Shown here: positions 54,634-64,000 of the stretch, in pieces
Position numbering within the stretch: the first letter of the stretch is position 1
Layout of the letters: the number at the start of each line of letters is the position of its first letter
DNA from: Deltaproteobacteria bacterium
GTDB taxonomy: Bacteria > Desulfobacterota > Syntrophia > Syntrophales > Smithellaceae
Direction of reading: 5' to 3'
Assembly (NCBI GenBank): GCA_022710585.1
Contig: JAKLGV010000003.1
Location: 67,308-131,307, forward strand
DNA length: 64,000 nucleotides
Position numbers and translations under genes: made by a program
The notes under the pieces: generated by a model
Told to the model about the DNA's origin: nothing
Seen by the model: the letters and a program-made list of their open reading frames with translations, nothing else
Database searches by the model: none

Positions 54634-57600
54634 CTAGAACAAATTTTTTTCTTTCATCATATCCAGTTTGGACTGCGCTTTTTCAGATCCCTGTTCGGCC
54701 GCCTTCGTGTACCACTTGACGGCCTCGGTAATGTCCTGCGCCACAAACACGCCATCCTGGTAAATGTCACCCAGCCAGACCTCGGCATCAACCTGTCCCT
54801 TTTCGGCAGCCTTGAGATACCATTTGAGAGCCTCATCAAAATTCTGCGAGACCCCCTCACCGAAAAAGAATTTAAAGCCGATATTGAACTGAGCATCGGC
54901 ATGGCCCTGCTCCGCCGCTTTCAGATACCATTTTACCGCCTCAAAATCTTCACGCGGAACGCCTTCGCCATAATTGTACATCATGCCGATGCTGAACTGG
55001 GCGGCAGCGATTCCCTGCTCGGCTGCTTTAAGGAACCATTTCGCCGCTTCGTTATCATCCTGCTCGACTCCCGATCCCTGCTGGTACATTACGCCCAGTT
55101 CATACTGGGCCGCGGCATTTCCCTGAACCGCCTCCCGGAGCGCCTTGAGATATTTCTGCTCCGGGTTGGCAGCGTCCTTATCCATACCCGCTTCTTTTTC
55201 TTCAAGGCTTTCCATGTCTGCCTGCTCTTTCTCTACCCTAACCTGTTCTTCCTGCTCAATAACCTGGACTTCCGGTGCAACAATATGTTCTTCCTCTACA
55301 GCAGCCGGTTCTTCCGGTTGCATCAGATCTTCTTCAACGGGCGCAGCAATTTCTTCCTTTTCAGTTTCCTCAATGCGTTCCTGCACAACCGCCGCCTGCT
55401 TATGCGCCTCTCTTTTGCTTTGCGTATAGATCAGTTCCAGAATGTTCTGGGCTTCCGCGTGTCCCTGCTCGGCCGCCTTGCGATACCAGTTCACGGCTTC
55501 CGCACTGTCCTGACCAACTCCCAGACCTTCTCTGTACATCTCACCCAGATGGAACTGGGCGGTCATATTCCCCTCCTCGGCAGGCTTGAGAAACCAGCGT
55601 GCAGCCTCGGCATAATCCTGACTGACACCTTCTCCCGCAAGGGCCATCTTGCCCAGATGGAGCTGCGCGGATAGGTCTCCGTGCTGGGCCGCCATACGGA
55701 ACCACTTCGCCGCTTCAGCGTCATTCTGACCGACGCCCAGACCGTCTTTGTAAATTTCTCCCAGATGTAACTGGGCGGTAACATTCCCCTGTGCGGCAGG
55801 CTTGAGGAGCCAGCTCGCGGCCTCGGCATAATCCTGGCCGATGCCTTCCCCCTCAAAGTACATCTCACCCAGGTGGAACGCGGCTGATAGGTCACCCTGC
55901 TGGGCCGCCCTGCGGAACCATTTCACTGCTTCGGCGCTGTCCTGTCCGACGCCCGCGCCTTCTTCATACATTTCACCCAGGATACACTGGGCATTGATAT
56001 TGCCCTGCTCGGCGGATTTTAACAGCCATTTTGCGGCCTCGATGTCGTCATGTTCAATGCCTTCCCCCCGCCGGTACATGTCGCCCAGATGAAACTGGGC
56101 ATCCGCGTTTCCCTGCTGAGAAGATTTTGACAGCCATTTGGCCGCTTCAACATATTTTTTCTGTACCCCCCGTCCCTGGCGGTACATCACGCCGATACTG
56201 AACTGAGCGTCCGCGTCCCCCTGCTCGGCCGCCTGGAGATACCACTTCGCGGCTTCGGCATCGTTTTGCGCGACACCGATGCCATCCTGATACAGCCACG
56301 CAAGATTAATCTGTGCGCCCGTATGTCCCTGTTCGGCGGCGCGAAGATACCATTTCGCGGCTTCGGCATCGTCCCGGGCAACGCCCTCTCCCTTGCGATA
56401 CATCATTCCCGCATTATACTGGGCCGTGGCCTCGCCCTGCTCAGCGGCTTTCAGATACCATTTGATCGCCTCGGCATCGTCCTGCGGGACGGCCAATCCG
56501 TCCTGATACATTTCAGCCAGATTGAATTGCGCGGCGACCATCCCCTGTTCTGCGGATTTCAGCAGCCACTGCAAGGCTTCAGCATCGTCCTGGGCAACGC
56601 CTTCTCCCCGCCGAAACATGACCGCCAAATGATATTGCGCGTCCGCGTTGCCCTGCTGGGCCGCCATCAGATACCACTTCGCGGCTTCCCCGGTATTCTG
56701 CGCCGCGCCTTTGCCCTGGCTGAACATGTCAGCCAGCCGGATTTGAGCCTGCCCATTGCCCTGCTCCGCCGCCATCAGGTACCATTTGGCAGCTTCAACA
56801 TGATCCGGGGACACGCCTTTGCCCTCGCTGTATATTTCACCCAGTTTGAATTGGGCATCGACATCCCCCTGCACCGCCGATCTGAGATACCATTTGAGCG
56901 CCTCTTCATCGTTTTGCGGAGCGCACTTTCCTTCTCTGAACATGATGTCCAGCATTCTCTGCGCGTCGGCCCGCCCCTGCCCGGAGGCCTGGCGATACCA
57001 CCTCGCTGCCTCGGCATCGTCCTGGGCGACACCCGAACCTTTCTGATACATCAACCCGAGATTGAACTGGGCATCGGCCCGCCCCTGGTCGGCCGCCCGG
57101 CGATACCACTTCGCCGCCTCGGCATCATCCTGAGCAACCCCCTTGCCGTTGTGATACATCAGACCCAGATTGAACTGGGCACGCGCATTGCCCTGATCAG
57201 CGGCCTTTTCATACCAACTGGCCGCTTCCGCAAAATCCAGAGGCACCCCTTCACCAAAGAAGTAGCTCAAGCCCAGATTAAACTGTGCTTCGGCATTGCC
57301 CTGTTCGACAGCTTTCTGATACCACTTCACCGCCTCCTCGTCGTCCTGCTCAACGCCGTCCCCGTTATGGTACATCAGACCCAGATTGAGCTGGGCTTCG
57401 GCAAGGCCCTGTTTGGCGGCTTTAAAAAACCAGTTGGTGGCTTCGGCATCGTCCGGGGAAACACCTTTCCCTTCTTTATACATCATGCCGAGATGAAACT
57501 GGGCTTGAGGATGATCCTGCTCAGCCGCTTTCTGATACCACCCGGCAGCTTCTTCCAGATTCATCTGCACGCATTGACCTGCCTCATACATTTCAGCCAT

Positions 57601-58755
57601 TTTGAACTGGGCGTCCGCGATTCCCTGTTGAGCAGCTTTCAAAAGCCATTTCACGGCTTCCTGATTATCCGGGGGAACACCCTCGCCATTTTGGAACATA
57701 AGCGCCAGATTCAACTGAGCTTCGGCGTAGCCCTGTTCGGCAGATTTCGAAAACCACGCTGCCGCTTGGGCACAGTCCCTGGGAATGCCCTCGCCTTTGA
57801 GGTGGAGCAGTCCCACATTATATTGCGCCTCCGCGCTGCCGTGCTCCGCCGCCTTTTGATGCCACTTCACCGCCTCGGCTTCATCCCTGGCGACGCCTTC
57901 CCCGTGCTGATACATCACGCCCAGTTTAAACTGGGCGTCCGCATGCCCCTGATCGGCCGCCTTCTGATACCACTTCGCCGCCTTAGCATCATCGCGCGGT
58001 ACACCCGTACCTTTATGATATATCTCACCCAGATTGAACTGGGCAACGCTATCTCCCTGGGCGGCTGCTTTAAGCAATTTATTGACAACTTCGGCATCCT
58101 CCTGGGGAACACTTTTAGATTTCGGACTGACATGATTGGCTCTGGTCCGTGGTTCCGGCTGTTCATGCTCAACCGGCCTGCGAGCTTTTCCGGACGCCTC
58201 CGCATCCTCACGCGCAGCACTTTTGCTTTTTTGCCCCATACTCTCGAGTCTTTTCCGGGCATCCGCATTTCCCTGAGCTGCCGCCTTGCGATACCATTTC
58301 AGTGCCTTGGCCTCGTCCTTCGCAACCCCCCTGCCTCTTCTGTACATCTCGCCCAGATTATACTGAGCGACAGAAATGCCCTGTTCCGCGGCTTCCATAA
58401 ACCATCTTGCGGCTTCCTCATCATCCTGTTCCACCCCTTCGCCCTTCTTGTACATCAGCGCCAGATTGTACTGGGCTTTGGCGTCCTCCTGCTCGGCAGC
58501 CTTTTGATACCATTTCGCCGCCTCGGTATCGTCCTGTTCAACCCCCTTGCCTTCCTGATACATCCAGCCGAGATTGAACTGTGCTTTGGCGTCCTCCTGC
58601 TCGGCGGCCTTCTGAAACCAGATCACGGCTTCCTCATAGTCCCGTTCAACCCCCTTGCCGGTCAGGTACATCAGCCCCAGATTTCTCTGGGCAACCGGAT
58701 TGCCCTGCTCGGCTGCTATTTGGACATCGTTTAAAGATGGAGTGTTGTTTTTCAT
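54634..58755 (-). CDS. giant Sel1-like repeat (SLR/TPR-family) protein
   Basis: About 30 tandem 36-aa units of the form A..WY.KAAEQG...AQ..LG.MY..G.GV..D..EA. Two low-complexity linkers interrupt the repeats, one basic and one acidic/E-rich. Confidence 0.9.
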   Translation of the reverse strand: MKNNTPSLNDVQIAAEQGNPVAQRNLGLMYLTGKGVERDYEEAVIWFQKAAEQEDAKAQFNLGWMYQEGKGVEQDDTEAAKWYQKAAEQEDAKAQYNLALMYKKGEGVEQDDEEAARWFMEAAEQGISVAQYNLGEMYRRGRGVAKDEAKALKWYRKAAAQGNADARKRLESMGQKSKSAAREDAEASGKARRPVEHEQPEPRTRANHVSPKSKSVPQEDAEVVNKLLKAAAQGDSVAQFNLGEIYHKGTGVPRDDAKAAKWYQKAADQGHADAQFKLGVMYQHGEGVARDEAEAVKWHQKAAEHGSAEAQYNVGLLHLKGEGIPRDCAQAAAWFSKSAEQGYAEAQLNLALMFQNGEGVPPDNQEAVKWLLKAAQQGIADAQFKMAEMYEAGQCVQMNLEEAAGWYQKAAEQDHPQAQFHLGMMYKEGKGVSPDDAEATNWFFKAAKQGLAEAQLNLGLMYHNGDGVEQDDEEAVKWYQKAVEQGNAEAQFNLGLSYFFGEGVPLDFAEAASWYEKAADQGNARAQFNLGLMYHNGKGVAQDDAEAAKWYRRAADQGRADAQFNLGLMYQKGSGVAQDDAEAARWYRQASGQGRADAQRMLDIMFREGKCAPQNDEEALKWYLRSAVQGDVDAQFKLGEIYSEGKGVSPDHVEAAKWYLMAAEQGNGQAQIRLADMFSQGKGAAQNTGEAAKWYLMAAQQGNADAQYHLAVMFRRGEGVAQDDAEALQWLLKSAEQGMVAAQFNLAEMYQDGLAVPQDDAEAIKWYLKAAEQGEATAQYNAGMMYRKGEGVARDDAEAAKWYLRAAEQGHTGAQINLAWLYQDGIGVAQNDAEAAKWYLQAAEQGDADAQFSIGVMYRQGRGVQKKYVEAAKWLSKSSQQGNADAQFHLGDMYRRGEGIEHDDIEAAKWLLKSAEQGNINAQCILGEMYEEGAGVGQDSAEAVKWFRRAAQQGDLSAAFHLGEMYFEGEGIGQDYAEAASWLLKPAAQGNVTAQLHLGEIYKDGLGVGQNDAEAAKWFRMAAQHGDLSAQLHLGKMALAGEGVSQDYAEAARWFLKPAEEGNMTAQFHLGEMYREGLGVGQDSAEAVNWYRKAAEQGHAEAQNILELIYTQSKREAHKQAAVVQERIEETEKEEIAAPVEEDLMQPEEPAAVEEEHIVAPEVQVIEQEEQVRVEKEQADMESLEEKEAGMDKDAANPEQKYLKALREAVQGNAAAQYELGVMYQQGSGVEQDDNEAAKWFLKAAEQGIAAAQFSIGMMYNYGEGVPREDFEAVKWYLKAAEQGHADAQFNIGFKFFFGEGVSQNFDEALKWYLKAAEKGQVDAEVWLGDIYQDGVFVAQDITEAVKWYTKAAEQGSEKAQSKLDMMKEKNLF

Positions 58756-58794
58756 ATCAAATTTTCTTTTTTAAGACGGAACAGATTTTCCCTT

Positions 58795-59673
58795 CTACAG
58801 ACCGCGCATATAATCCGGACGCAGCCTGCTTTCATCCCCGGTTTTCAAGACCGCGTCAATCGCCGCGATCATTTTCTGTTTATCTTTCTGCAGCGTGCCG
58901 GTCACGGGCAGATAGTTGGACGCGTGGGTGCCGACAAACTTGATGGGATCCGCCGTGATATTCTCCATGATTTGTTTCATCTCAACCAGGGTTTCAAAGG
59001 GGTCTAACAGTTCAAATTCGCCGGTTTGCGCCTGACGATACAGAACCGTCCCCGGCACAGGCGTAACGGTCAGCGCCGCCAGATATTGCGGCTTCATTTC
59101 ATTGCATATTTTCGCCGTGGCCAGAGCGTGCCGCCGGGAGGCTTCACCCTTTCCCGCCAGCCCCAGAAGCACCATCGCGGAAAGATTGATCCCCGCGGCG
59201 ATCAGATTCTGTCCGGCCTCCAGCATCTGATCGTAGCCGACGCCTTTTTTCACTTTTTTCAGCAGCTCTTCATCGCCGGTTTCCACGCCGATATACGCCT
59301 TGGTGAGACCGGCCAGGCGCAGCGTCCTTAATTCCTCCATCGATTTGGATAAGGTGCTCTGCGGCCCGACATAACTGCCCACGTGGCGCAGGGAGGGGAA
59401 GGTTTGATAAAGCTTTTTCAGAATGGCCAGCAGCATGTCCGTTTCCAGAGCAATCGCGTCGCCGTCGCACAGAAAAACCTTTTCCAGATCCCCGTAGTGA
59501 TCCTTCGCCAGGGCGATGTCTTCCATAATCTCGGCCAGCGACCGCTCCCGGTACCTTTTGTCCTTGTACATGCCGCAGAACGTGCATTGATTATGGGAGC
59601 AGCCGACGGTGCACTGCAGCAAATAACTGTTGGCCTCGCTAAACGGCCGGAAGATGTTTCCTTCGTATCTCAA
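58795..59673 (-). CDS. radical SAM protein
   Basis: The CxxxCxxC cluster is CSHNQCTFCGMY near the N-terminus. It is 292 aa. Confidence 0.8.
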   Translation of the reverse strand: MRYEGNIFRPFSEANSYLLQCTVGCSHNQCTFCGMYKDKRYRERSLAEIMEDIALAKDHYGDLEKVFLCDGDAIALETDMLLAILKKLYQTFPSLRHVGSYVGPQSTLSKSMEELRTLRLAGLTKAYIGVETGDEELLKKVKKGVGYDQMLEAGQNLIAAGINLSAMVLLGLAGKGEASRRHALATAKICNEMKPQYLAALTVTPVPGTVLYRQAQTGEFELLDPFETLVEMKQIMENITADPIKFVGTHASNYLPVTGTLQKDKQKMIAAIDAVLKTGDESRLRPDYMRGL

Positions 59674-59752
59674 TGTTTCTACCTTTCATCGCGGTGAGTC
59701 AGACCGGATAAGTTTTTTGATTAAGACCATTCCCCATGAGTTGACCCGGCGG

Positions 59753-60772
59753 TTAATCCGAAAGAATACGCTCCGCGCCGATTAGCGTTACCGCTGTTTT
59801 AATGACGCCGACCGGCTCACTGGGGAAAACAATCATAAACGGAATCTGTCCGTTGGGCATGATCTTATCGTTGGTGTTCTGGAGCCCTTCCGGCTGAAGA
59901 AGCTTCATCAGAATTTCCTCTTCCGACAAATTGGCCAGCTCTTCATCAGTCAGAATATTGCCCGCGTAACTGGAGCGTTCGCCTAAAACCACGGCATAGG
60001 CGTCCACGATCTGCCCTTTGACCTGTATCCGGGCGATCGGAAAATCGGCGCGGTTCAGCGCCGTTCCTTCCAGCACGCCAATCTTTCCCAGGATGTAATT
60101 GTTGACAGGACGGTAGCGCACGATCTGCAATTTCACCATCTGATTGATCGCGGCGCCCGTTTTGGGAGGCGGCCCTGACATGCCCGTATATTCACCGACC
60201 TTTTGAAAGAGATATTCTCCGCTTTTCATCAGTTGGTCGCCATACTGCGGCAACGCGACAAAATAGATCAAAAGAGGAACGATCACGATCACCAGCACGG
60301 ACCACAGAGCGATTTTCCAGACGCTTCCCGAACGCTTCCGAACAGGCGTCTGTTCGATTTTTGCCCTTTCCGTTTCCTGATCATTTTCGATTTCGGCCGG
60401 TCGGATGATATCTTCAGGTTTCTCGTCCGGGCTTGATTCCTGCGCTGTCTCCGAACTCAAATCGATGTCTTCCGAGACGCGCTTTCTGGCTTCCATAATT
60501 TTATCCAGCGACTTCTTGCCCTGCTCGTCTCTATGAAACACGGATGGCGTCTCCGCGGCCGTTTGGGGTGCCGCTTCAGCGTGCGTCGCCTCCTCTTTGG
60601 CCGGTGCCAGTTCTGTTTCCATCAACGACTCCGGCGCCGGTTGTTTGGCTTTGGGATTTTCCTGGAAATAAACGTGCCCGCAGCGGCTGCATCTAAGCCA
60701 GATGCCGCTCCCCTGCATATTGGCATCATCAAACCGGAATTTTGTGCGGCATTGTTTGCATTGAATAATCAT
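59753..60772 (-). CDS. MJ0042-type zinc-ribbon protein with TM segment and DUF3426-like C-terminal domain
   Basis: The N-terminus is MIIQCKQCRTKFRFDD...LRCSRCGHVY. It has a central TM helix (IALWSVLVIVIVPLLIYFVAL). Confidence 0.7.
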   Translation of the reverse strand: MIIQCKQCRTKFRFDDANMQGSGIWLRCSRCGHVYFQENPKAKQPAPESLMETELAPAKEEATHAEAAPQTAAETPSVFHRDEQGKKSLDKIMEARKRVSEDIDLSSETAQESSPDEKPEDIIRPAEIENDQETERAKIEQTPVRKRSGSVWKIALWSVLVIVIVPLLIYFVALPQYGDQLMKSGEYLFQKVGEYTGMSGPPPKTGAAINQMVKLQIVRYRPVNNYILGKIGVLEGTALNRADFPIARIQVKGQIVDAYAVVLGERSSYAGNILTDEELANLSEEEILMKLLQPEGLQNTNDKIMPNGQIPFMIVFPSEPVGVIKTAVTLIGAERILSD

Positions 60773-60785
60773 TGTCCAGCCTCTT

Positions 60786-61310
60786 TCACTGCTTGATCAC
60801 ATAAATATCGGGGGAAAAGCGGTACCTTTCATTGAAATCCAGTCCATATCCGACGACAAAGCCGTCCTCCATCGCAAACCCCACATAATCGGCCTCCAGC
60901 GTGACTTTTCGTCTTTTGCGCTTGTCCAGGAAGACGCATACTTTGAGGGATTTGGGATTTCTTTCCCGGAGCCAGTCCACAAAGTATTGCATGGTTAATC
61001 CGGTATCCAGAATGTCTTCCACAATCAGAATATCTTTGTCTTTGATGGAGGTTTCAATATCTTTAGTCATGACCACCTTGCCGGAACTCTCGGAACCGGC
61101 GCCGTAGCTGGCCAGCCTCGCAAAATCCACCCGGCACGGAATGCTGATTTCCCGGATCAGGTCCGCCATGAAAATGAAAGCGCCTTTGAGCACGCCAATC
61201 AAAATTAACTCTCTGCCCGCGTAATCTTTTGAGATTTGCGCCGCCAGCTCGCCAACTCTCTTCTGGATCACTTCTCTGGAAAAAAGAATTTCTTTGGATG
61301 TTGTATCCAT
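60786..61310 (-). CDS. hpt: hypoxanthine phosphoribosyltransferase
   Basis: The PRPP-binding motif ILIVEDILDTGLT is present. The length (174 aa) and overall pattern match Hpt. Confidence 0.9.
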   Translation of the reverse strand: MDTTSKEILFSREVIQKRVGELAAQISKDYAGRELILIGVLKGAFIFMADLIREISIPCRVDFARLASYGAGSESSGKVVMTKDIETSIKDKDILIVEDILDTGLTMQYFVDWLRERNPKSLKVCVFLDKRKRRKVTLEADYVGFAMEDGFVVGYGLDFNERYRFSPDIYVIKQ

Positions 61311-61391
61311 TACAAAGCTCCCGAAATCATATGTAAATCGCCTGAAATTTTGTTCAGATTAGCCAAAGTGGCTGCCGGATGTCAACAAAAA

Positions 61392-62207
61392 TTAAACATG
61401 CCGCTGATAGGCGGCGACAAACTTCTCAATATTCGTCCAGATCATCTTCTCCGCAGCGTCCAGTTGTGCCGCATCCTGGAAATTGGAACAGAGGCTCAAC
61501 AAAATGGAGTTCAGCGGCGACACGTCTCTTCCAAACCGTTCATAATCAATATGACTGATCATATATTGCGAGCCGTCAAAATAATATTTGCCCAGCCGGT
61601 TGGTCTCCCGCGACCGAAAGGGCCAGTTGATTTTCCAGCCGAAATATTCCAGGGTAATATTTTTCAACGCTTCATCATCGAACACTGCCGGTTTGAGTTC
61701 GCTGCCGACCCGGTCGGCAATGAGCTGGAAATATTTTGTCACCAGATCAATATCCGTCAGCACCAGACCGTAAAGAAACCAGTCATCAATGATCTTGAGC
61801 AGAATTTGTGACTGTGAAAGCGGAATGAAATAATGGCTGGGGCAGAGATGCCCGGCGCAAAGCTCCTGTCCGTAAAACGAAACATCGCGCATATCGACGC
61901 CGGCATTCTGCATCGGATGCAAAAGACACCCGACTTTCTTTTCTTGGTCGTCCAGAAAACCCAGATATTCGCAGCAATGAATCACTTCATATCTTTTTTG
62001 GAAATCCTCGGCCTCCAGCGTCTGCCGGGAATACAGTTTCAAATCATCGGGACTCTTGACCAGCTCACGGAAGCGTTTTGTTCGCGACTGCAGACGGAGC
62101 GTCAGCGAAGGCCTTGTGCTGTCCGCGTAATTGTAGAGGCCGCAGCACGCGCCGCATGATTTTCTGCTGTCCGGCTGGCAGAGGACGAATATCGGGGAAT
62201 CAGACAT
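61392..62207 (-). CDS. hypothetical Cys-rich protein
   Basis: I prefer the start at Met56 of the tracked ORF (MSDSPIFVLCQPDSRKSCGACCGLYN), at 62207. This avoids overlap with the purU 3' end. No family assigned. Confidence 0.5.
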   Translation of the reverse strand: MSDSPIFVLCQPDSRKSCGACCGLYNYADSTRPSLTLRLQSRTKRFRELVKSPDDLKLYSRQTLEAEDFQKRYEVIHCCEYLGFLDDQEKKVGCLLHPMQNAGVDMRDVSFYGQELCAGHLCPSHYFIPLSQSQILLKIIDDWFLYGLVLTDIDLVTKYFQLIADRVGSELKPAVFDDEALKNITLEYFGWKINWPFRSRETNRLGKYYFDGSQYMISHIDYERFGRDVSPLNSILLSLCSNFQDAAQLDAAEKMIWTNIEKFVAAYQRHV

Positions 62208-62244
62208 GGATGAACTTCCTGTTATGTTTTCAAGTGAAGTGGAA

Positions 62245-63102
62245 TCACTCAAACACGATGGTCTTGGATCCGTAAACCAGAATTCTATTTTCCAGATGCA
62301 GGCGCAGCGCCCGCGCCAGAACGATTCTTTCCAGATCCTTGCTCTTTCTCTGGATATCGGGAACAGCATCACGATGACTGATCTTGACTACATCCTGCGC
62401 GATAATCGGCCCTTCATCGAGCTGCGCTGTCACGTAATGGCCGGTGGCGCCGATAATTTTCACGCCGCGGTCGTAAGCCTGCTGATAGGGATTGCTCCCG
62501 GCAAACGCCGGCAAAAACGAATGATGAATATTGATGATCCGGTCGGGATAATACTTGAGAAAACTCCCGCTGAGGATCTGCATATAACGCGCCAGGACAA
62601 CCAGATCAATCTTCAACTCCTTGAGCAGAGCCAATTCCTTTTTTTCCTGCTGTTTCTTGTTTTTTCCGGTAACCGGAAAATGAAAATATTTCATTCCGAA
62701 CTGCTCCGTCAGATCGCGGGCCTCCTCATGATTGCTGATGACCGCGGCAACATCCGCAGCCAGTTCGCCCATATCCCTTCTCAAAATCAGATCGTGCAGG
62801 CAATGCAGATGCTTCGACACAAAAATCGCCACACGCGGCCGGTAGTCGGTAAAATGCAAAGCCCATTTCATCCTGTACTGTTTGGCCAGCGGCGCGAACG
62901 CGACGGGAATTTCTTCACGGTCCAGAGCAAAACCGTTGAGCTCCCATTCGACGCGCATAAAGAAAAGCTTCTCCGCCTTGGCGGTGTACTGGTCGGCATG
63001 AACGATATTGCCGTCGAAGCGGAAAATGAAATCGGATATCCGAGCGACAAGCCCCTTGCAATCGGGGCAGGACAAAAGCAAAATGGCATTGACATCACTC
63101 AT
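62245..63102 (-). CDS. purU: formyltetrahydrofolate deformylase
   Basis: It has an N-terminal ACT domain (ILLLSCPDCKGLVARISDFI) and a formyltransferase core (INIHHSFLPAFAGSNPY..A...GVKIIGATGHYVT..LDEGPII). Confidence 0.9.
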   Translation of the reverse strand: MSDVNAILLLSCPDCKGLVARISDFIFRFDGNIVHADQYTAKAEKLFFMRVEWELNGFALDREEIPVAFAPLAKQYRMKWALHFTDYRPRVAIFVSKHLHCLHDLILRRDMGELAADVAAVISNHEEARDLTEQFGMKYFHFPVTGKNKKQQEKKELALLKELKIDLVVLARYMQILSGSFLKYYPDRIINIHHSFLPAFAGSNPYQQAYDRGVKIIGATGHYVTAQLDEGPIIAQDVVKISHRDAVPDIQRKSKDLERIVLARALRLHLENRILVYGSKTIVFE

Positions 63103-63217
63103 CAGAATACGTCACCTTGGTTATTTTCAACGCACTATCTATAAAAGGATTGGGGTTGCAGGTCAAGTGTAAAAATGCTAACTACATAGCCGTTAAATAT
63201 AAGGGAATGGAGCAAGA

Positions 63218-63616
63218 ATGAATTTAATCGAAGAAATCAAACTGCCCAACGGGCTGACCTTACAGATTTTTGATTTGTCCCGAGCGATTGCCGCGGACAC
63301 AATCAAGGTGGAAATTTCCTTTCAGACTAAAATTTCCTTAAAGGAATCGTTCTTCACAAACAATGAAGATTACGTTCTCGTAAAAAATATCATGGGCGAA
63401 GAACTGGCCTATGAACATACGCTGGAAAGAACGTTCGTGAAGAAAGAAAATGAAGATTTGACCCGTAACGAGTTAATCAACACATTCAGGAATAATTCGC
63501 TGGAATACCTTTCTAACGCTAATTTCGCTCAAAAGATGGCATTGTCCAAACTCAGAGAAATCAAAGCTGATCCTTATAAATACAGATCCCGCGTTCATTC
63601 TGATAAGAAAGAATAA
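63218..63616 (+). CDS. hypothetical protein
   Basis: It is a 132-aa ORF with no recognised motif. Confidence 0.45.
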   Translation: MNLIEEIKLPNGLTLQIFDLSRAIAADTIKVEISFQTKISLKESFFTNNEDYVLVKNIMGEELAYEHTLERTFVKKENEDLTRNELINTFRNNSLEYLSNANFAQKMALSKLREIKADPYKYRSRVHSDKKE

Positions 63617-63650
63617 AATCAGACTTTGTCCCGCACAGGAACCCCCATCA

Positions 63651-64000
63651 TGAATCAAGGGAAATTCGATGCTCTTTTATCCGGCGCTGAAAAACCCAGC
63701 CGCTATATCGGTACGGAAGTCAACGCCATTCGCAAAGATAAAGCGGAAGTCCGCTTCCTGCTGGCCTTTCCCGATACGTATGAAGTGGGAATGTCTCATC
63801 TGGGCTTGCAGATTTTATATTCCATTTTGAACGAAATCCCCGATGTGGCGGCAGAACGCTGTTTTACGCCTTGGCCGGACCGGGAAAAACAACTGCGCGA
63901 CAGAAAACTGTCTTTCACATCGCTGGAAAGCCAGACGCCTCTGAAAGATTTTGACATCATCGGTTTCTCCCTGCAATACGAACTTTCTTATACCAACGTG
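63651..64000 (+). CDS. N-terminal part of a B12-binding-domain/radical-SAM-type protein (3'-truncated by window edge)
   Basis: The ATG is at 63651. KPSRYIGTEVNAI....VRFLLAFPDTYEVGMSHLGLQILY is the typical N-terminus of the TIGR03960-like radical SAM family. The frame is open to the end of the window. Confidence 0.55.

Noticed and set aside
56266-58734. An 822-aa ORF on the plus strand (and 54901-55674, 257 aa) opposite the Sel1-repeat gene
   Set aside because: It lies antisense to a gene with about 30 unmistakable Sel1 repeats. The translation is a monotonous R/L/G/F/I-rich repeat with no motif and no SD. It is a shadow ORF created by the periodic, stop-poor repeat sequence.
62208-62372. The 55-aa N-terminal extension of ORF 61392-62372
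   Set aside because: It would overlap the 3' end of purU (which ends at 62245) by more than 120 nt and has an unlikely W/R/C-rich composition. The internal Met at 62207 leaves a normal 37-nt intergenic gap.

Overview
This 64-kb window appears to be a mosaic integrated mobile island (about nt 1-32860) followed by ordinary chromosome. From gene content the host looks like an anaerobic deltaproteobacterium (Desulfobacterota-type); this is an impression only, not tested.

ISLAND BOUNDARY. The island ends at a tyrosine integrase (31434-32654, minus strand). Just beyond it lie a 48-nt 3' fragment of an initiator-like tRNA-Met(CAU) and its terminator (32813-32909). The intact tRNA and the other att site are not in the window.

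ISLAND CONTENT. A backbone with host-like GC (6.5-15.9 kb) carries an establishment and recombination block:
- a Ycf46-like AAA ATPase, a macro-like protein, DUF1257, DUF488, RadC, DUF2997 and a DUF3150-like protein
- SSB, a SWIM protein, a Cas4-like nuclease and a UvrD-type helicase

This backbone is interleaved with visibly AT-rich cargo cassettes:
- (a) nt 1-6090: a five-gene translationally coupled operon. It encodes a coiled-coil protein cut by the window edge, a TM-hairpin protein, a 1040-aa HerA/FtsK-type ATPase with an unrecognised N-terminal half, an LHH-type HNH nuclease toxin and a SUKH/SMI1 immunity protein.
- (b) nt 15957-17613: a three-gene cassette led by a uracil-DNA-glycosylase-superfamily protein. 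An IS21 element (17662-20299) sits about 48 bp upstream of it.
- (c) nt 20.3-28.6 kb: small orphan genes, including a four-gene operon led by a free-standing RNA polymerase alpha-CTD homologue followed by a DUF4139 protein (24419-28236).

A LexA/CI-type S24 repressor has its palindromic operator inside its own promoter. An HU gene and small secreted proteins lie next to the integrase. No capsid, tail, terminase or recognisable T4SS genes are visible, so I cannot say whether this is a prophage or an ICE/IME.

CHROMOSOMAL PART (35.6-64 kb):
- a MrfA/MrfB-like helicase and exonuclease pair
- a decayed GT-C/TPR membrane protein gene whose intact AT-rich paralogue sits at 33281-34786
- an RR-PAS-HD-GYP protein and two paralogous PilZ proteins
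- a sigma-54 activator next to secreted hydrolases, with a plausible -24/-12 promoter
- a 1373-aa Sel1-repeat protein downstream of a radical SAM gene
- hpt and purU

BEST CANDIDATES for an undescribed system are the HerA-type ATPase + LHH nuclease + SUKH operon (1-6090) first, then the alpha-CTD/DUF4139 operon (24419-28236), then the UDG-like cassette (15957-17613).

All family assignments come from motif recognition by eye. None has been checked against a database.
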